Part shown: one piece after another, positions 9,929-19,190 of the stretch | Numbering within the stretch: position 1 is the first letter of the stretch | Layout of the letters: each line of letters begins with the position of its first letter | NCBI GenBank assembly: GCA_964565935.1 | Contig: CAZMGW010000002.1 | Span: forward strand, 2,072-66,071 | DNA length: 64,000 nt | Reading direction: 5' to 3' | Source of the DNA: an uncultured Coxiellaceae bacterium | GTDB taxonomy: Bacteria > Pseudomonadota > Gammaproteobacteria > UBA9339 | Notes under the pieces: model-generated | Seen by the model: the letters and a program-made list of their open reading frames with translations, nothing else | What the model was told of the DNA's origin: nothing | The model's database searches: none | Position numbers and translations under genes: made by a program

Positions 9929-11572
9929 TTATTTTATGTTAACTAACAGTACATCATCCAAGTATTTACCCACCATGTGCATTCTGTCTGAAGCGACTGG
10001 TTGCAGAGCACGATAGCTGTCTGTGTCGGTGATTAAATATACACGTTTATTGCTATTCCAGCGCTCCCAGAAGGTTTTAGTGTCAATCATCCATGCTTTT
10101 GTGTCTTGATGTCGCATCCCAAAAGTTAACTCGTTGGCAAAGTTAGCAACGGTAATGATCCGCTGTAAGTAAAACGGCAGATCTTGGTAGTAATGGCCAT
10201 AGGAAATTACTTCTTCATCGGGTTTTAGTTTTTGTTGCAAAGTAATAATTAACGGTTTAATTGATTGTTTGTTGATAGTTGTGATGATCGGGCTGAGATA
10301 TAACCACAAAATAGACACAGCCAATGTCAATGTGGTGAATCCCCAAGCCAATCCGCGACGTCGGTAGGCTATTATGCTTATAACGCCGCCGATAATCACA
10401 CAAGCAGCAGCAATATAAAGATTTTGTTTTGTAATTGTGTGGTCGCTAAAGTTAAGAGTAAAGATGGCGGCGATGGCGCCAATCCCTAATGCGATATTTA
10501 AAGTAAGTAATACATTGAAGCCGATAGTTATAGGCCGATGCTGGTTGCTTTGCCAATAAGTTGCAAGATAATTTCCAATTAACAGTGCTATTGGCGGGAA
10601 CACGGGCAAAATGTAGGGTATTAGTTGTGAGTTAGAAAAAGTGTAGAACGCGTAAATTGTTAGCGCCCAAATTACTAAAAATATTGTTGGTTTATTTTGC
10701 TGCCATTGATTGAAGTGCTTGGGTATGGAATTCATAATTGTTTGCGGTAAAAACACCATCCAGGGATATAATCCACCAAGCAGCAAGGCTGGCAAAAACC
10801 ACCAAGGTTTTGAACGGCCAGCATAGCCAGTGGAATAGCGTAAAAAGTGTTCATCAATAAAATAAAATCTAAAGAATTCCGGGTTTTTTATTTGGACTAA
10901 AATGTGCCATGGCAAGGCAATTAACAGGAAAAGAAATAAGCCACTTATTATTCTATAGGTTTTTATATTGCGCCATTCATTAAAAACGACAGTCCAGATT
11001 AGAACAATTAAAGCAGGAAAGACAGCCCCAATTAACCCTTTGGTCATAACAGCCAGCGCAGCAAAAACGTACATCGCCCAGAGATGCGAGCTGCGTTTGA
11101 TGCCGAGAGGCAGTTGTGTTGCAAGCATAAATGAACAAAGGCTGCCAGTAATAAAAAATGTGAGCGCTACATCCAAGGTAACAACACGAGTAAGAGCGAA
11201 AACTAAGCTGGTGGTTGCGAAGATAAAGCTTGCAACGATGCCATTTAAGCGGCCATACAGTTTTCGTCCGGTAAAATAAATAAGCAATGAGCAGCCTAGC
11301 GCCATCAATGCGTTAACGATACTTACAGCAAGCTCATTTGCTCCGAAAGCTTTAATGCTGATCGCCTGTAGCCAATAAAACAGAGGAGGTTTTTCAAAAT
11401 ATTTTACGCCATTGAGATGTGGGGTTATGTAATCGCCAGTCACGACCATTTCTCGAGGGATTTCGGCATAACGCGCGCCATCAGGCGCAGCAAGTGGATA
11501 ACGGCCAAGAGTGGCCCCAAAAAGCAAGCCGATAATTAATGTAAGTACTAAAAAGTCTTTTAACCAGGTCAT
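9929..11572 (-). CDS. arnT: 4-amino-4-deoxy-L-arabinose (L-Ara4N) lipid A transferase, GT83/PMT_2 family
   Basis: 547 aa polytopic protein. N-terminal signature ...ARYAEIPREMVVTGDYITPHLNGVKYFEKPPLFYW. arn gene context. Confidence 0.8.
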   Translation of the reverse strand: MTWLKDFLVLTLIIGLLFGATLGRYPLAAPDGARYAEIPREMVVTGDYITPHLNGVKYFEKPPLFYWLQAISIKAFGANELAVSIVNALMALGCSLLIYFTGRKLYGRLNGIVASFIFATTSLVFALTRVVTLDVALTFFITGSLCSFMLATQLPLGIKRSSHLWAMYVFAALAVMTKGLIGAVFPALIVLIWTVVFNEWRNIKTYRIISGLFLFLLIALPWHILVQIKNPEFFRFYFIDEHFLRYSTGYAGRSKPWWFLPALLLGGLYPWMVFLPQTIMNSIPKHFNQWQQNKPTIFLVIWALTIYAFYTFSNSQLIPYILPVFPPIALLIGNYLATYWQSNQHRPITIGFNVLLTLNIALGIGAIAAIFTLNFSDHTITKQNLYIAAACVIIGGVISIIAYRRRGLAWGFTTLTLAVSILWLYLSPIITTINKQSIKPLIITLQQKLKPDEEVISYGHYYQDLPFYLQRIITVANFANELTFGMRHQDTKAWMIDTKTFWERWNSNKRVYLITDTDSYRALQPVASDRMHMVGKYLDDVLLVNIK

Positions 11573-12171
11573 ATTATTTCTATTCTTCCCACCAACGCTC
11601 TCGCTAGGGTATTGATATCAGTATACTCTAACTCTCCGCCAAGAGGTATACCATGGGCAATTCGGGTGCATTTAATTTTTCTAGCACGGATTAAATTGGC
11701 AAGATAATGCGCTGTGGCTTCTCCCTCAACTGTTGGGTTGGTGGCAATTATAGTTTCTTTTATAGTGTCTTCTTGTGTAAGCAAATCAGCTAAATCGTTG
11801 ATGCCAATTTCGTTTGGACCAACGCCATCAATTGGCGACAGATGTCCCATTAATACAAAATATCGGCCATGATAGCTATTGGTTTGTTCAATTGCGATAA
11901 TGTCCGCGGGGGTTTCGACGATGCATAAAAGCGAGTTGTCGCGCCGTGGGTTGGAGCAAATATTGCAAAGGTCGTGTTCGCTGAAAGCGCGGCAACGATT
12001 GCAATGGCCAACTTGGGTTAGTGCTTGTTCTAGGGTTTTTGCGAGTAGTAGGCCATCATCACGGCCTTGTTGTAATAAATAAAAGGCCATGCGTTGGGCT
12101 GAACGTGGTCCAACTCCAGGAAGGCAGCGCAAACTGTTTATTAATTTGTCTATCAGTTGTGTATAAAGCAT
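11569..12171 (-). CDS. recR: recombination protein RecR
   Basis: 200 aa. HhH motif LPGVGPRSAQR, zinc finger CNRCRAFSEHDLCNIC, Toprim domain. The stop overlaps the arnT start by 4 nt. Confidence 0.95.
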   Translation of the reverse strand: MLYTQLIDKLINSLRCLPGVGPRSAQRMAFYLLQQGRDDGLLLAKTLEQALTQVGHCNRCRAFSEHDLCNICSNPRRDNSLLCIVETPADIIAIEQTNSYHGRYFVLMGHLSPIDGVGPNEIGINDLADLLTQEDTIKETIIATNPTVEGEATAHYLANLIRARKIKCTRIAHGIPLGGELEYTDINTLARALVGRIEII

Positions 12172-12200
12172 ATTTTTAACTCTAAAAGCTTGTTCTAAAA

Positions 12201-12330
12201 TCGCCGCACACGCGTCCCAGACGATGTCCTTTTAGGGACGCCGTGAATTACTTCCATGTTGGCTCGCATTCGACATCCATGTCTCATAGCGCCCTAAAAT
12301 GACATCGTCTTGGGCGCATGTGCTGTACCG
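12201..12330. repeat. MITE-like long-hairpin repeat, copy B (between dnaX and recR)
   Basis: Same family and orientation as copies A and C. The arms are more diverged, but compensatory pairing is retained (gacgatgtc.ttttaggg / ccctaaaatgacatcgtc). Confidence 0.8.
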
Positions 12331-12370
12331 TGATTCTCGGAAACGATATGGGTGGTATTTGTTATTAAGT

Positions 12371-13909
12371 TTAATCTTTTTCAGTTTTTACCGGATTTGA
12401 AATTATTTTAGCACCAAACTTGCTCATTAGTTCTTGTATCTTAGGGTCATTTTTAATAGCTTGCAAAGCCTGGTCTTGATTTTTATCAGCCTCGCGTTTT
12501 GCAAGATTAGCGGCGGTATTATCTATATTTGCTGCGCCAAGCTTGATATTTACTGTTATTTGGCGTTGAAGATGTTCGCTAAAAGCTTGATTAATTCTTT
12601 CTTCATGTTTTTTATTAAGCAGCGGGGCTTTGTTTGATTCAAGTAAAAGCTCAACTTCATTTTGGCCGATTTTTGTAATAATGCAGTGGCTTAATAGAGC
12701 TTGTGTTGGGCCAGTGATATTTAGATTCTGCAAAATATTTGTATCTTGGTTACCAATAGTAGGAGGCGGATTAGATATTGTTTGTTTATTTGCCGTTGGT
12801 TTTGCTGTTGATGTAGGCGGCGTTGTTTCTGGGCGAAAAGCAAGCATGCGTAACATGACCATTTCAAAACCTGAGCGTAAGCTCGGGGCTAATGGCAAGT
12901 CGCGTTTACCAATTAAACCAATTTGGTAGTAAAGTTGTACTTCTTCTGGTTTAAGCTGAGTTGCTAGTTTATGTATTAATTCTTGATGCTGCCAGTTGGT
13001 TGTGTTTACGTCTGGAGCTAGTTGTATAATAGCAACTTGTTGAAATATCTCTAATAATTCATCTATTGCGTTTGTGAAATCCACCGCCAGTTCTGCGAGT
13101 TGGGCAATAACCTCTAAAGCTGCTTTAGCGTTGTTAGAGATCAGGGCTTCGAGTATTGCAAAAATTTTGCTGGTATCGATTGCGCCAAGCATGGCATTGA
13201 CATCACTTGTGGTGATTTTACCATGACCAAATGCAATTGCTTGGTCTAATAAGCTTAAGGCGTCTCGTACGCTACCATTAGCTGCAAGCGCAAGTTGATG
13301 CAGCGCTGGGCTTTCAAACTCAATTTTTTCTTGGGCTAAAATGTGTTGGAGCTGTTTTTGAATGAGTTCGGGGCTTAGGGATTTTAGATTGAATTGTAAA
13401 CAGCGTGAAAGAACTGTAACAGGTAGTTTTTGTGGATCAGTAGTGGCTAATAAGAACTTTACGTGCGTAGGCGGTTCTTCTAGAGTTTTCAGTAGCGCAT
13501 TAAAGCTGTGTCCGGAGAGCATGTGCACTTCGTCGATTATATAAACTTTAAACCGGCCTTTTGCAGGTAAATATTGTACGTTGTCTAATAGGTCGCGTGT
13601 GTCTTCGACTTTGGTGCGTGAGGCGGCATCGACTTCAATGAGGTCAATGAATCTTCCAGAATCGATTTCGAGACAAGCGTTGCACTTGCCACAAGGTGTT
13701 GCGGTGATGCCAGTTTCGCAATTCAAACATTTGGTCAAAATGCGTGCGATTGAGGTTTTGCCAACCCCTCTGGTTCCAGTAAAAAGGTAGGCGTGGTGTA
13801 GCCTGTTTTGGGTTAGCGCATTAATAAGTGCGCGTAGCACGTGTTCTTGGCCGGCGACTTCGGCAAAGTTTTTTGGGCGCCACTTTCGAGCTAGTACTTG
13901 ATATGACAT
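12371..13909 (-). CDS. dnaX: DNA polymerase III subunit tau/gamma
   Basis: 512 aa. Walker A GTRGVGKTS, zinc module CETGITATPCGKCNAC, DEVHML, SRC sensor motif. Confidence 0.95.
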   Translation of the reverse strand: MSYQVLARKWRPKNFAEVAGQEHVLRALINALTQNRLHHAYLFTGTRGVGKTSIARILTKCLNCETGITATPCGKCNACLEIDSGRFIDLIEVDAASRTKVEDTRDLLDNVQYLPAKGRFKVYIIDEVHMLSGHSFNALLKTLEEPPTHVKFLLATTDPQKLPVTVLSRCLQFNLKSLSPELIQKQLQHILAQEKIEFESPALHQLALAANGSVRDALSLLDQAIAFGHGKITTSDVNAMLGAIDTSKIFAILEALISNNAKAALEVIAQLAELAVDFTNAIDELLEIFQQVAIIQLAPDVNTTNWQHQELIHKLATQLKPEEVQLYYQIGLIGKRDLPLAPSLRSGFEMVMLRMLAFRPETTPPTSTAKPTANKQTISNPPPTIGNQDTNILQNLNITGPTQALLSHCIITKIGQNEVELLLESNKAPLLNKKHEERINQAFSEHLQRQITVNIKLGAANIDNTAANLAKREADKNQDQALQAIKNDPKIQELMSKFGAKIISNPVKTEKD

Positions 13910-14119
13910 AGGTTTTTTACTCCAGGATCTAGGATTATATGTGGTTAAAAGTTAATTACCAGTTTTTTGTAACAAATTGATTATATTCAAAATGTCTGGT
14001 TCTAAGACGGATGATTGAGGGTCGGTGTGGGGTTTCTGCGACAAAATTTTGAAATAGATATATTTTGTTGTGAGGTTATACTTAAAAAAACCAAGGCTTT
14101 TAAATGACAAGGTGAAATT

Positions 14120-14872
14120 ATGAAATTCGCAATAATTACTGGGGCTGGTACTGGTATTGGAAAGGCTATCGCGCATCGATTGTTGGATGGCGACTGTGAA
14201 ATTTTAGGGATTGGGCGAAGAATTGTAGAATTGCGCGAAATGCAGAAAATAGATCCACAAAAAATTAGTGTTATAGCTGCGGATTTAAGCAAAGTTGATG
14301 GTAGAAAGAGGGTGGTGAATTATGTTAGGAGCAAAGGGAAACAAATAAATTTTTTAGTACACAATGCTGGGGTTTTAGCGCCGACCGGTAAAATTACAGA
14401 GGTTGCTTCAAGGGCATTTAAAAATAATCTAGCAATTAATTTGGAAGCGCCATTATTTTTGACCAGGGAATTGCTTCCTAAAATGATAACTGGTGGAAGA
14501 ATACTTCATATTTCTTCTGGTGCTGCACATAGCGTAATTCCTGGATGGGGTGCTTATTGCATAGCAAAAGCAGCATTGTTTATGTTATATCAAGTGCTTA
14601 AAGAAGAATTGGTGGGAAGCAATGTGATTGTAGGAAGTTTTTCTCCCGGAATTGTTGATACGCCAATGCAGGAGATGATTCGTTCTCTGAGTAAAGAGAA
14701 TTTCCCCCAGGTAGAACTTTTTAGATCGTTTAAAGAGAAAGGAAAATTATCATCGCCAGAAAAAATTGCTGATTGCATAAATTGGTTGTTGCGCAAAGCT
14801 ACCGCGAGTGAGTTTGGTGAAAAAGATTGGAGCGCCAAAGAGATTTTTGCGTTTTTGGAAAAAAACGATTGA
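14120..14872 (+). CDS. short-chain dehydrogenase/reductase (SDR) family oxidoreductase
   Basis: 250 aa. TGAGTGIGKA cofactor motif, NAG, S...YCIAKAA catalytic motif. Confidence 0.85.
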   Translation: MKFAIITGAGTGIGKAIAHRLLDGDCEILGIGRRIVELREMQKIDPQKISVIAADLSKVDGRKRVVNYVRSKGKQINFLVHNAGVLAPTGKITEVASRAFKNNLAINLEAPLFLTRELLPKMITGGRILHISSGAAHSVIPGWGAYCIAKAALFMLYQVLKEELVGSNVIVGSFSPGIVDTPMQEMIRSLSKENFPQVELFRSFKEKGKLSSPEKIADCINWLLRKATASEFGEKDWSAKEIFAFLEKND

Positions 14873-16129
14873 TTATTTTTGTTGCCGGGGTTTGATAAAG
14901 ACAAAAACAACCAATGAGAATAAAGCCGAAAGTATCAAGTAAAAGGCTGGAGAGGCCGGGTTATTAGTGTAGCTTGTTATCCATGTCGCAATCATCGGCG
15001 CCGTTCCTCCAAGCAGAGATGCAGAAAAGTTTAATCCTATCGATGAGCCGGAGTATCTGATGCATGTTGGAAACAGGTTCGCTGTTATTGCAGGGACAGG
15101 CGCTACAAATGATGCCGTTAATACAGCAAGCATTGCTTGCCCAAAAAACACTAATAATAGGCTGTTGTGTTGAAATAGAAAAAAGAGTGGATATGATATT
15201 AAAATAAAGACAACAGCTCCGCTTTTTATTATTTTCCCCACCCCAATTTTGTCAGACAAGTAGCCAAAAAACGGAATTAATAAGGTAAATAATAGTATAT
15301 TTATCGAGTTTATCATCAATATAGAGCTGGTTTGCGCGCTGTGCAAGCTTGATAATTTTGCCGGTATATATATAAATGATAGGTAAGTCGATATGGTTGT
15401 TGTGCTAAATAAGGCCATTACTACCAATAGGTTAGATTTATATTTTTTGAAGAGTGTCCTGGCTGGTATTTTGTCTATTTTGTCTTCTTGTTGTATTTTT
15501 GTAAATGAAGGGGATTCGATAAGTTTCTTTCTTATGTAATATCCAACGACGCCGAGAAAAATACTAAGCAAGAATGGTATTCGCCAACCAATTGACAGCA
15601 GCGTATTTGTCGAAAAAATGGCCGTTACTGTTGTGCTTGTTATTGAGCCTAGGAATAAACCGCCAACCGTGCCGAAGGCGCTAAAGGATGAAAAAAAGCA
15701 TACGTTTTTATTTTCAGACATTTCGGCCAAATAAGTGATAACTCCAGAATATTCCGCCCCAACAAAAAAGCCTTGTAACAAACGGAAGAAAACCAGTAAG
15801 GCTGGCGCAAAAATACCTATTTGTGCATATGTTGGTAATAACCCGATGCATGTTGTTGCTACGGTTACTGCAATCATATTTAGGCACAAGGTAAATTTTC
15901 TACCATATTTGTCTCCTATGTGTCCCAAAAATAGCGCGCCAACCGGTCTCATTATAAAGCCACTTGCAAACACTCCAAACGTTGCCATTAGAGCTATGGT
16001 TTTATTGTTGTTGGGAAAAAAAACTTGCGCGAGAGTTGATGAAAGCATTCCAAATAGTATAAAATCGTACCATTCGAGCAAGGTGCCAATTGTGCAGAAT
16101 TTTAGTAGTTGATATTTCGCTTTTTCCAC
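14873..16129 (-). CDS. MFS transporter, metabolite:H+ symporter (ProP/KgtP-like) family
   Basis: 418 aa, ~12 TM helices. LEWYDFILFG and GHIGDKYGRK motifs are typical of the MHS subfamily. Confidence 0.8.
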   Translation of the reverse strand: MEKAKYQLLKFCTIGTLLEWYDFILFGMLSSTLAQVFFPNNNKTIALMATFGVFASGFIMRPVGALFLGHIGDKYGRKFTLCLNMIAVTVATTCIGLLPTYAQIGIFAPALLVFFRLLQGFFVGAEYSGVITYLAEMSENKNVCFFSSFSAFGTVGGLFLGSITSTTVTAIFSTNTLLSIGWRIPFLLSIFLGVVGYYIRKKLIESPSFTKIQQEDKIDKIPARTLFKKYKSNLLVVMALFSTTTISTYLSFIYIPAKLSSLHSAQTSSILMINSINILLFTLLIPFFGYLSDKIGVGKIIKSGAVVFILISYPLFFLFQHNSLLLVFFGQAMLAVLTASFVAPVPAITANLFPTCIRYSGSSIGLNFSASLLGGTAPMIATWITSYTNNPASPAFYLILSALFSLVVFVFIKPRQQK

Positions 16130-16143
16130 CCGGTAGATTATAC

Positions 16144-16503
16144 ATGATAACTAAAAAACAAAAAGTAGAGGTTGTGGAACACAGTAGGAATTCTTTTTAC
16201 GAGATTTCTGTAAATGAAAGTTCATTCCCTTGGATTATTGGTCGGCAATTACCAAATGCAAAACCAAGACATAAGATTGTTTCTAGGTCAATATCGAAAA
16301 GCCTAAATTCAATAGTAATGCTGCATACCGCCGGAACTGGTTATGTGAAAAACTACTATATGGAAGATTTGTTAAATAACAAGCAAATGCTGGATGATAT
16401 GGACCCTTCTGAGGTTGAATTGCTTAGATGGGTTATAAACTCAGAGAAAGAAGACCCCTTAGATGATATAAGGAAGAATAGGCAATCGTTGGAATTTTCT
16501 TAA
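16144..16503 (+). CDS. hypothetical protein (AT-rich islet)
   Basis: ORF 16090..16503. The Met at 16144 avoids overlap with the MFS start. No recognisable motifs. Convergent with the CI-like repressor and overlaps it by 4 nt. Confidence 0.35.
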   Translation: MITKKQKVEVVEHSRNSFYEISVNESSFPWIIGRQLPNAKPRHKIVSRSISKSLNSIVMLHTAGTGYVKNYYMEDLLNNKQMLDDMDPSEVELLRWVINSEKEDPLDDIRKNRQSLEFS

Positions 16504-17189
16504 CTAACTTTCATAAATACCTGTCTGATGGCACCGATTATTTCTATTTTATTTTCCTTATCCCCGATGAGATATGCGGGGTATTTTAAATTGCTTGGTT
16601 TGAGATATCGTTTGTCACCATCAATTAATAATTGCCTACAAATGACCTCTCCATTTGATTTTTGAGCTATAACTAGGTTTCGATGTTTTGGTTTTTCTTC
16701 CGGGTCAATAACTATGATTGCGCCTATTTCATATCTTGGTAGCATTGAGTCATCGCAAATTTGTAGCGCAAAAGCGCATGGGCTGATTTCGGCATCAGCC
16801 CAGCCCCATCTGGTATTTTGGTTTAGGCCAATATGGTTCCAATTTGTTGCATCTTTCCATTGCAGGAGAGGTATTCTTTTCATTGAAGACTTGCCTGGAC
16901 TGGGTAAATCTTCGATGTTGATGTAGTTAGAGCCGGTTAGTAGCCATTCAATGTTGATGTTTAGTCTTTCTGCTATTGTTTTTATTTTTCCAATTTCAGG
17001 AAACGTCTTTCCTTCAAGCCACTTGCTTGCACCTTTCTGTGATACATTAAACATTTTAGCCACAACAAGCTGCCTGCCGCGACCCTTGGGTGGTATCCCG
17101 AAAATATCCAAAGCGTGATTAAGGCGCTCTGCAAATAAAAGTTGTTCGGTTTTATGTTTATTTTCCAAAAAATAGTACCAATGGTTCAA
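16500..17189 (-). CDS. phage CI/LexA-like repressor: XRE-type HTH plus S24 peptidase domain
   Basis: 229 aa. HTH around VAKMFNVSQKGASKWLEG...IAERLNINIEWLL. S24 domain has ICDDSMLP (Ser148). NGEVICRQLLIDGDKRYLKPSN is collinear with E. coli LexA DDEVTVKRLKKQGNKVELLPEN. Apparent TTG start. Confidence 0.8.
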   Translation of the reverse strand: MNHWYYFLENKHKTEQLLFAERLNHALDIFGIPPKGRGRQLVVAKMFNVSQKGASKWLEGKTFPEIGKIKTIAERLNINIEWLLTGSNYINIEDLPSPGKSSMKRIPLLQWKDATNWNHIGLNQNTRWGWADAEISPCAFALQICDDSMLPRYEIGAIIVIDPEEKPKHRNLVIAQKSNGEVICRQLLIDGDKRYLKPSNLKYPAYLIGDKENKIEIIGAIRQVFMKVS

Positions 17190-17239
17190 AAAAGCAATTG
17201 ACGACGGGTATTTTGTTATTATTAGTACTCATGGTACTA
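17173..17239. promoter_or_regulatory. candidate operator pair in the CI-like / Cro-like divergent region
   Basis: TAGTACTCATGGTACTA (17223..17239) has perfect 6-bp inverted arms TAGTAC/GTACTA. A related site, TAGTACCAATGGT (17173..17185), overlaps the repressor start. TTGACG lies at ~17198. Confidence 0.3.
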
Positions 17240-17310
17240 TTAAGCTATAACTAAAACAAGTTGGAAAATTATACCAAAAATTAATTGTTGTTTAAAGCGA
17301 GAAAATAGTT

Positions 17311-17685
17311 ATGGAATTAAGTAACGAACATGGTTCAGATAAAACCATATCTGGTTTCCCAATTGGTGTGATTCCTGTCGATATTCCGCTTGTTTCAGTT
17401 AATGACTGCAAAACGAAATCAGAGATAAATATAGGCTGTTTAAACCAAACAAATAGAGCTAAAAAAACTCCGTTTCTGAATGTAGATGTTATGCGAAAAA
17501 TGATTCAGAGATTTTTGTTTGAAAAGAAAATGAGTAAAGAGAAGTTGGCTCAAGCCCTGGGAATAATCAAGAAGGATATAGAGTTGCTTGCTTTTGAAAA
17601 GGGGTTGTTAAAATTAGCCCCGCAAATTAATTTACCTTTGATAAAGCTTTATTGTAAGACGAGATGGTGTGAAAAACGGAAGTAG
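17311..17685 (+). CDS. hypothetical protein with C-terminal Cro-like HTH
   Basis: Divergent from the CI-like gene. The C-terminal segment MSKEKLAQALGIIKKDIELL looks like an HTH. The true start could be the internal Met (MRKMIQ...). Confidence 0.4.
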   Translation: MELSNEHGSDKTISGFPIGVIPVDIPLVSVNDCKTKSEINIGCLNQTNRAKKTPFLNVDVMRKMIQRFLFEKKMSKEKLAQALGIIKKDIELLAFEKGLLKLAPQINLPLIKLYCKTRWCEKRK

Positions 17686-17760
17686 CCGTTTGGAAACCAT
17701 AGCATGTTTTCTCGATGACCACACCTTGCATTATTATTGCAAACTATCGACATAATGCTT

Positions 17761-19089
17761 CTAATGATTAAATGCTTGGTTGATCGCATGGATTGTGATG
17801 TCGTTTAATTGTAGTAAAACGTTCTTGTGGGTATTTAATGGTGGTAGCCAGTAGATGGTATTACCAAGTGGGCGTAGAAATGCTCCAAGTTTTATCGCTT
17901 CTTGAAATACTTTATAGCCATAACGACCGGCTTGTTGGTTTTTATCTAGCACCAGATCGGCAGCCACAATGGCGCCAATATTGCGGATGTTAGTTAAGCG
18001 TTTTGTTTTTTGAGCAACATCTAACATTAGCTCATATAAAACCGGCTCCATTAAATCCACGCCTGAATAAATGTTTTCCTCTTCTAGAACCTTTAAGCAT
18101 TCCAAGGCCACTGCAGCTGCCAAAGTATTGCCGCTGTGAGTGTGAGAGTGTAAAAAAGATTTGTTATCCTCGAAATCAGCGTAAAACAAGTTATAAATTT
18201 TGTTGGTTGTTAATACAGCGCTCATCGGCAGCCAACCTCCGGTTAAACCTTTTGCCAGGCAAACAAAATCCGGTTCAATACCCGCATGTTGATGTGCAAA
18301 TGGTAAACCAGTGCGGCCAAATCCGGTCATAATTTCGTCGGCAATTAAATGAATGTTGTGTTTTGTTGTCCAAGAGCGCAATCGTTTTAGAAAATCTTTG
18401 CTGTATATCAGCATGCCGCCAGCGCCTTGTACAATTGGTTCTACGATAATGGCGGTTAATTTATCGGCATTGGGTGTTAATTGCGCTTCGATAATAGACC
18501 AAAAGTTTGAACAATCTTGCCACAGGGGATCGTTTTTAGAGCGGATATAAGGAATGTTTTTTAGGAAAGAGCAGTGAGGCAAAAGTTCTTCGTATGGTTT
18601 TCGATATAATCCGAGGTCACTAACCGCCAGAGCGATTCCTGTTTCACCGTGATACGAATTTTGTAGGCTTAAAATTTGTCTTCTATTGTGTTCACATGAG
18701 TTTTTTCTCGAATGTATGCTCATTTTTATGGCTATTTCTACCGCGGACGATCCTTCACTAGCATAAAAAACTTTAGCAAGAGTTTTTGTCATGCTGGTAA
18801 GTTTTTCTGATAGCTCAACTATGGTTTCATTGGTTGTATTGGCGAAAATCACATGTTCAAATTTATCTGCCTGTTTCAGCAGGGCGGCTTTAAGGCGAGG
18901 GTGGCCATGCCCCAATATTTTGCACCACCAGCTGGAAGTCGCATCAATTATTTTTGTATTGTTGCTTAGTTCAATGTAAGGCCCGCAGGCGCCTTTTACC
19001 GCAAGTGGTTTAAGGTGTTCATAGTCTTTCATCTGAGAGCAGGGGTGCCAGATGTATTTTAAGTCGCGTTCGACTAGGTTGAGTGTCAT
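17761..19089 (-). CDS. bioA: adenosylmethionine-8-amino-7-oxononanoate aminotransferase
   Basis: 442 aa class III aminotransferase. YHGET, DEIMTGFGRTG, and the PLP-Lys motif CLAKGLTGG. Divergent from bioB. Confidence 0.9.
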   Translation of the reverse strand: MTLNLVERDLKYIWHPCSQMKDYEHLKPLAVKGACGPYIELSNNTKIIDATSSWWCKILGHGHPRLKAALLKQADKFEHVIFANTTNETIVELSEKLTSMTKTLAKVFYASEGSSAVEIAIKMSIHSRKNSCEHNRRQILSLQNSYHGETGIALAVSDLGLYRKPYEELLPHCSFLKNIPYIRSKNDPLWQDCSNFWSIIEAQLTPNADKLTAIIVEPIVQGAGGMLIYSKDFLKRLRSWTTKHNIHLIADEIMTGFGRTGLPFAHQHAGIEPDFVCLAKGLTGGWLPMSAVLTTNKIYNLFYADFEDNKSFLHSHTHSGNTLAAAVALECLKVLEEENIYSGVDLMEPVLYELMLDVAQKTKRLTNIRNIGAIVAADLVLDKNQQAGRYGYKVFQEAIKLGAFLRPLGNTIYWLPPLNTHKNVLLQLNDITIHAINQAFNH

Positions 19090-19105
19090 GTCTTTATAAT
19101 AATTA

Positions 19106-19160
19106 TTGTTGATTAATTATTATAAAATAAGTTGACAATTAAATCATCAGAATTTAATCT
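19106..19160 (+). promoter_or_regulatory. candidate bioB promoter with imperfect inverted repeat (possible BirA-type operator)
   Basis: TTGACA (19132..19137), 17 bp spacer, then TAATCT (19155..19160). The imperfect IR ttgttgattaatt (19106..19118) / aattaaatcatca (19137..19149) spans the -35 element. Confidence 0.3.
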
Positions 19161-19190
19161 GTCGCCATCTAATTAAAGCAGGGCACAGTA

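Noticed and set aside
12371-13909. Programmed -1 frameshift site in dnaX (tau/gamma)
   Set aside because: No in-frame A AAA AAG heptamer is present. The A-rich runs (AAT AAA AAA CAT near 12610 and GAA AAA ATT near 13330, coding strand) are not aligned as X XXY YYZ slippery sites.
13910-14119. Looked for an SRP RNA (ffs) or other ncRNA upstream of dnaX, where ffs sits in some bacteria
   Set aside because: Neither strand contains the conserved 4.5S domain IV sequence (GGUCAGGUCCGGAAGGAAGCAGCC-like). The region looks like a plain AT-rich divergent promoter spacer.
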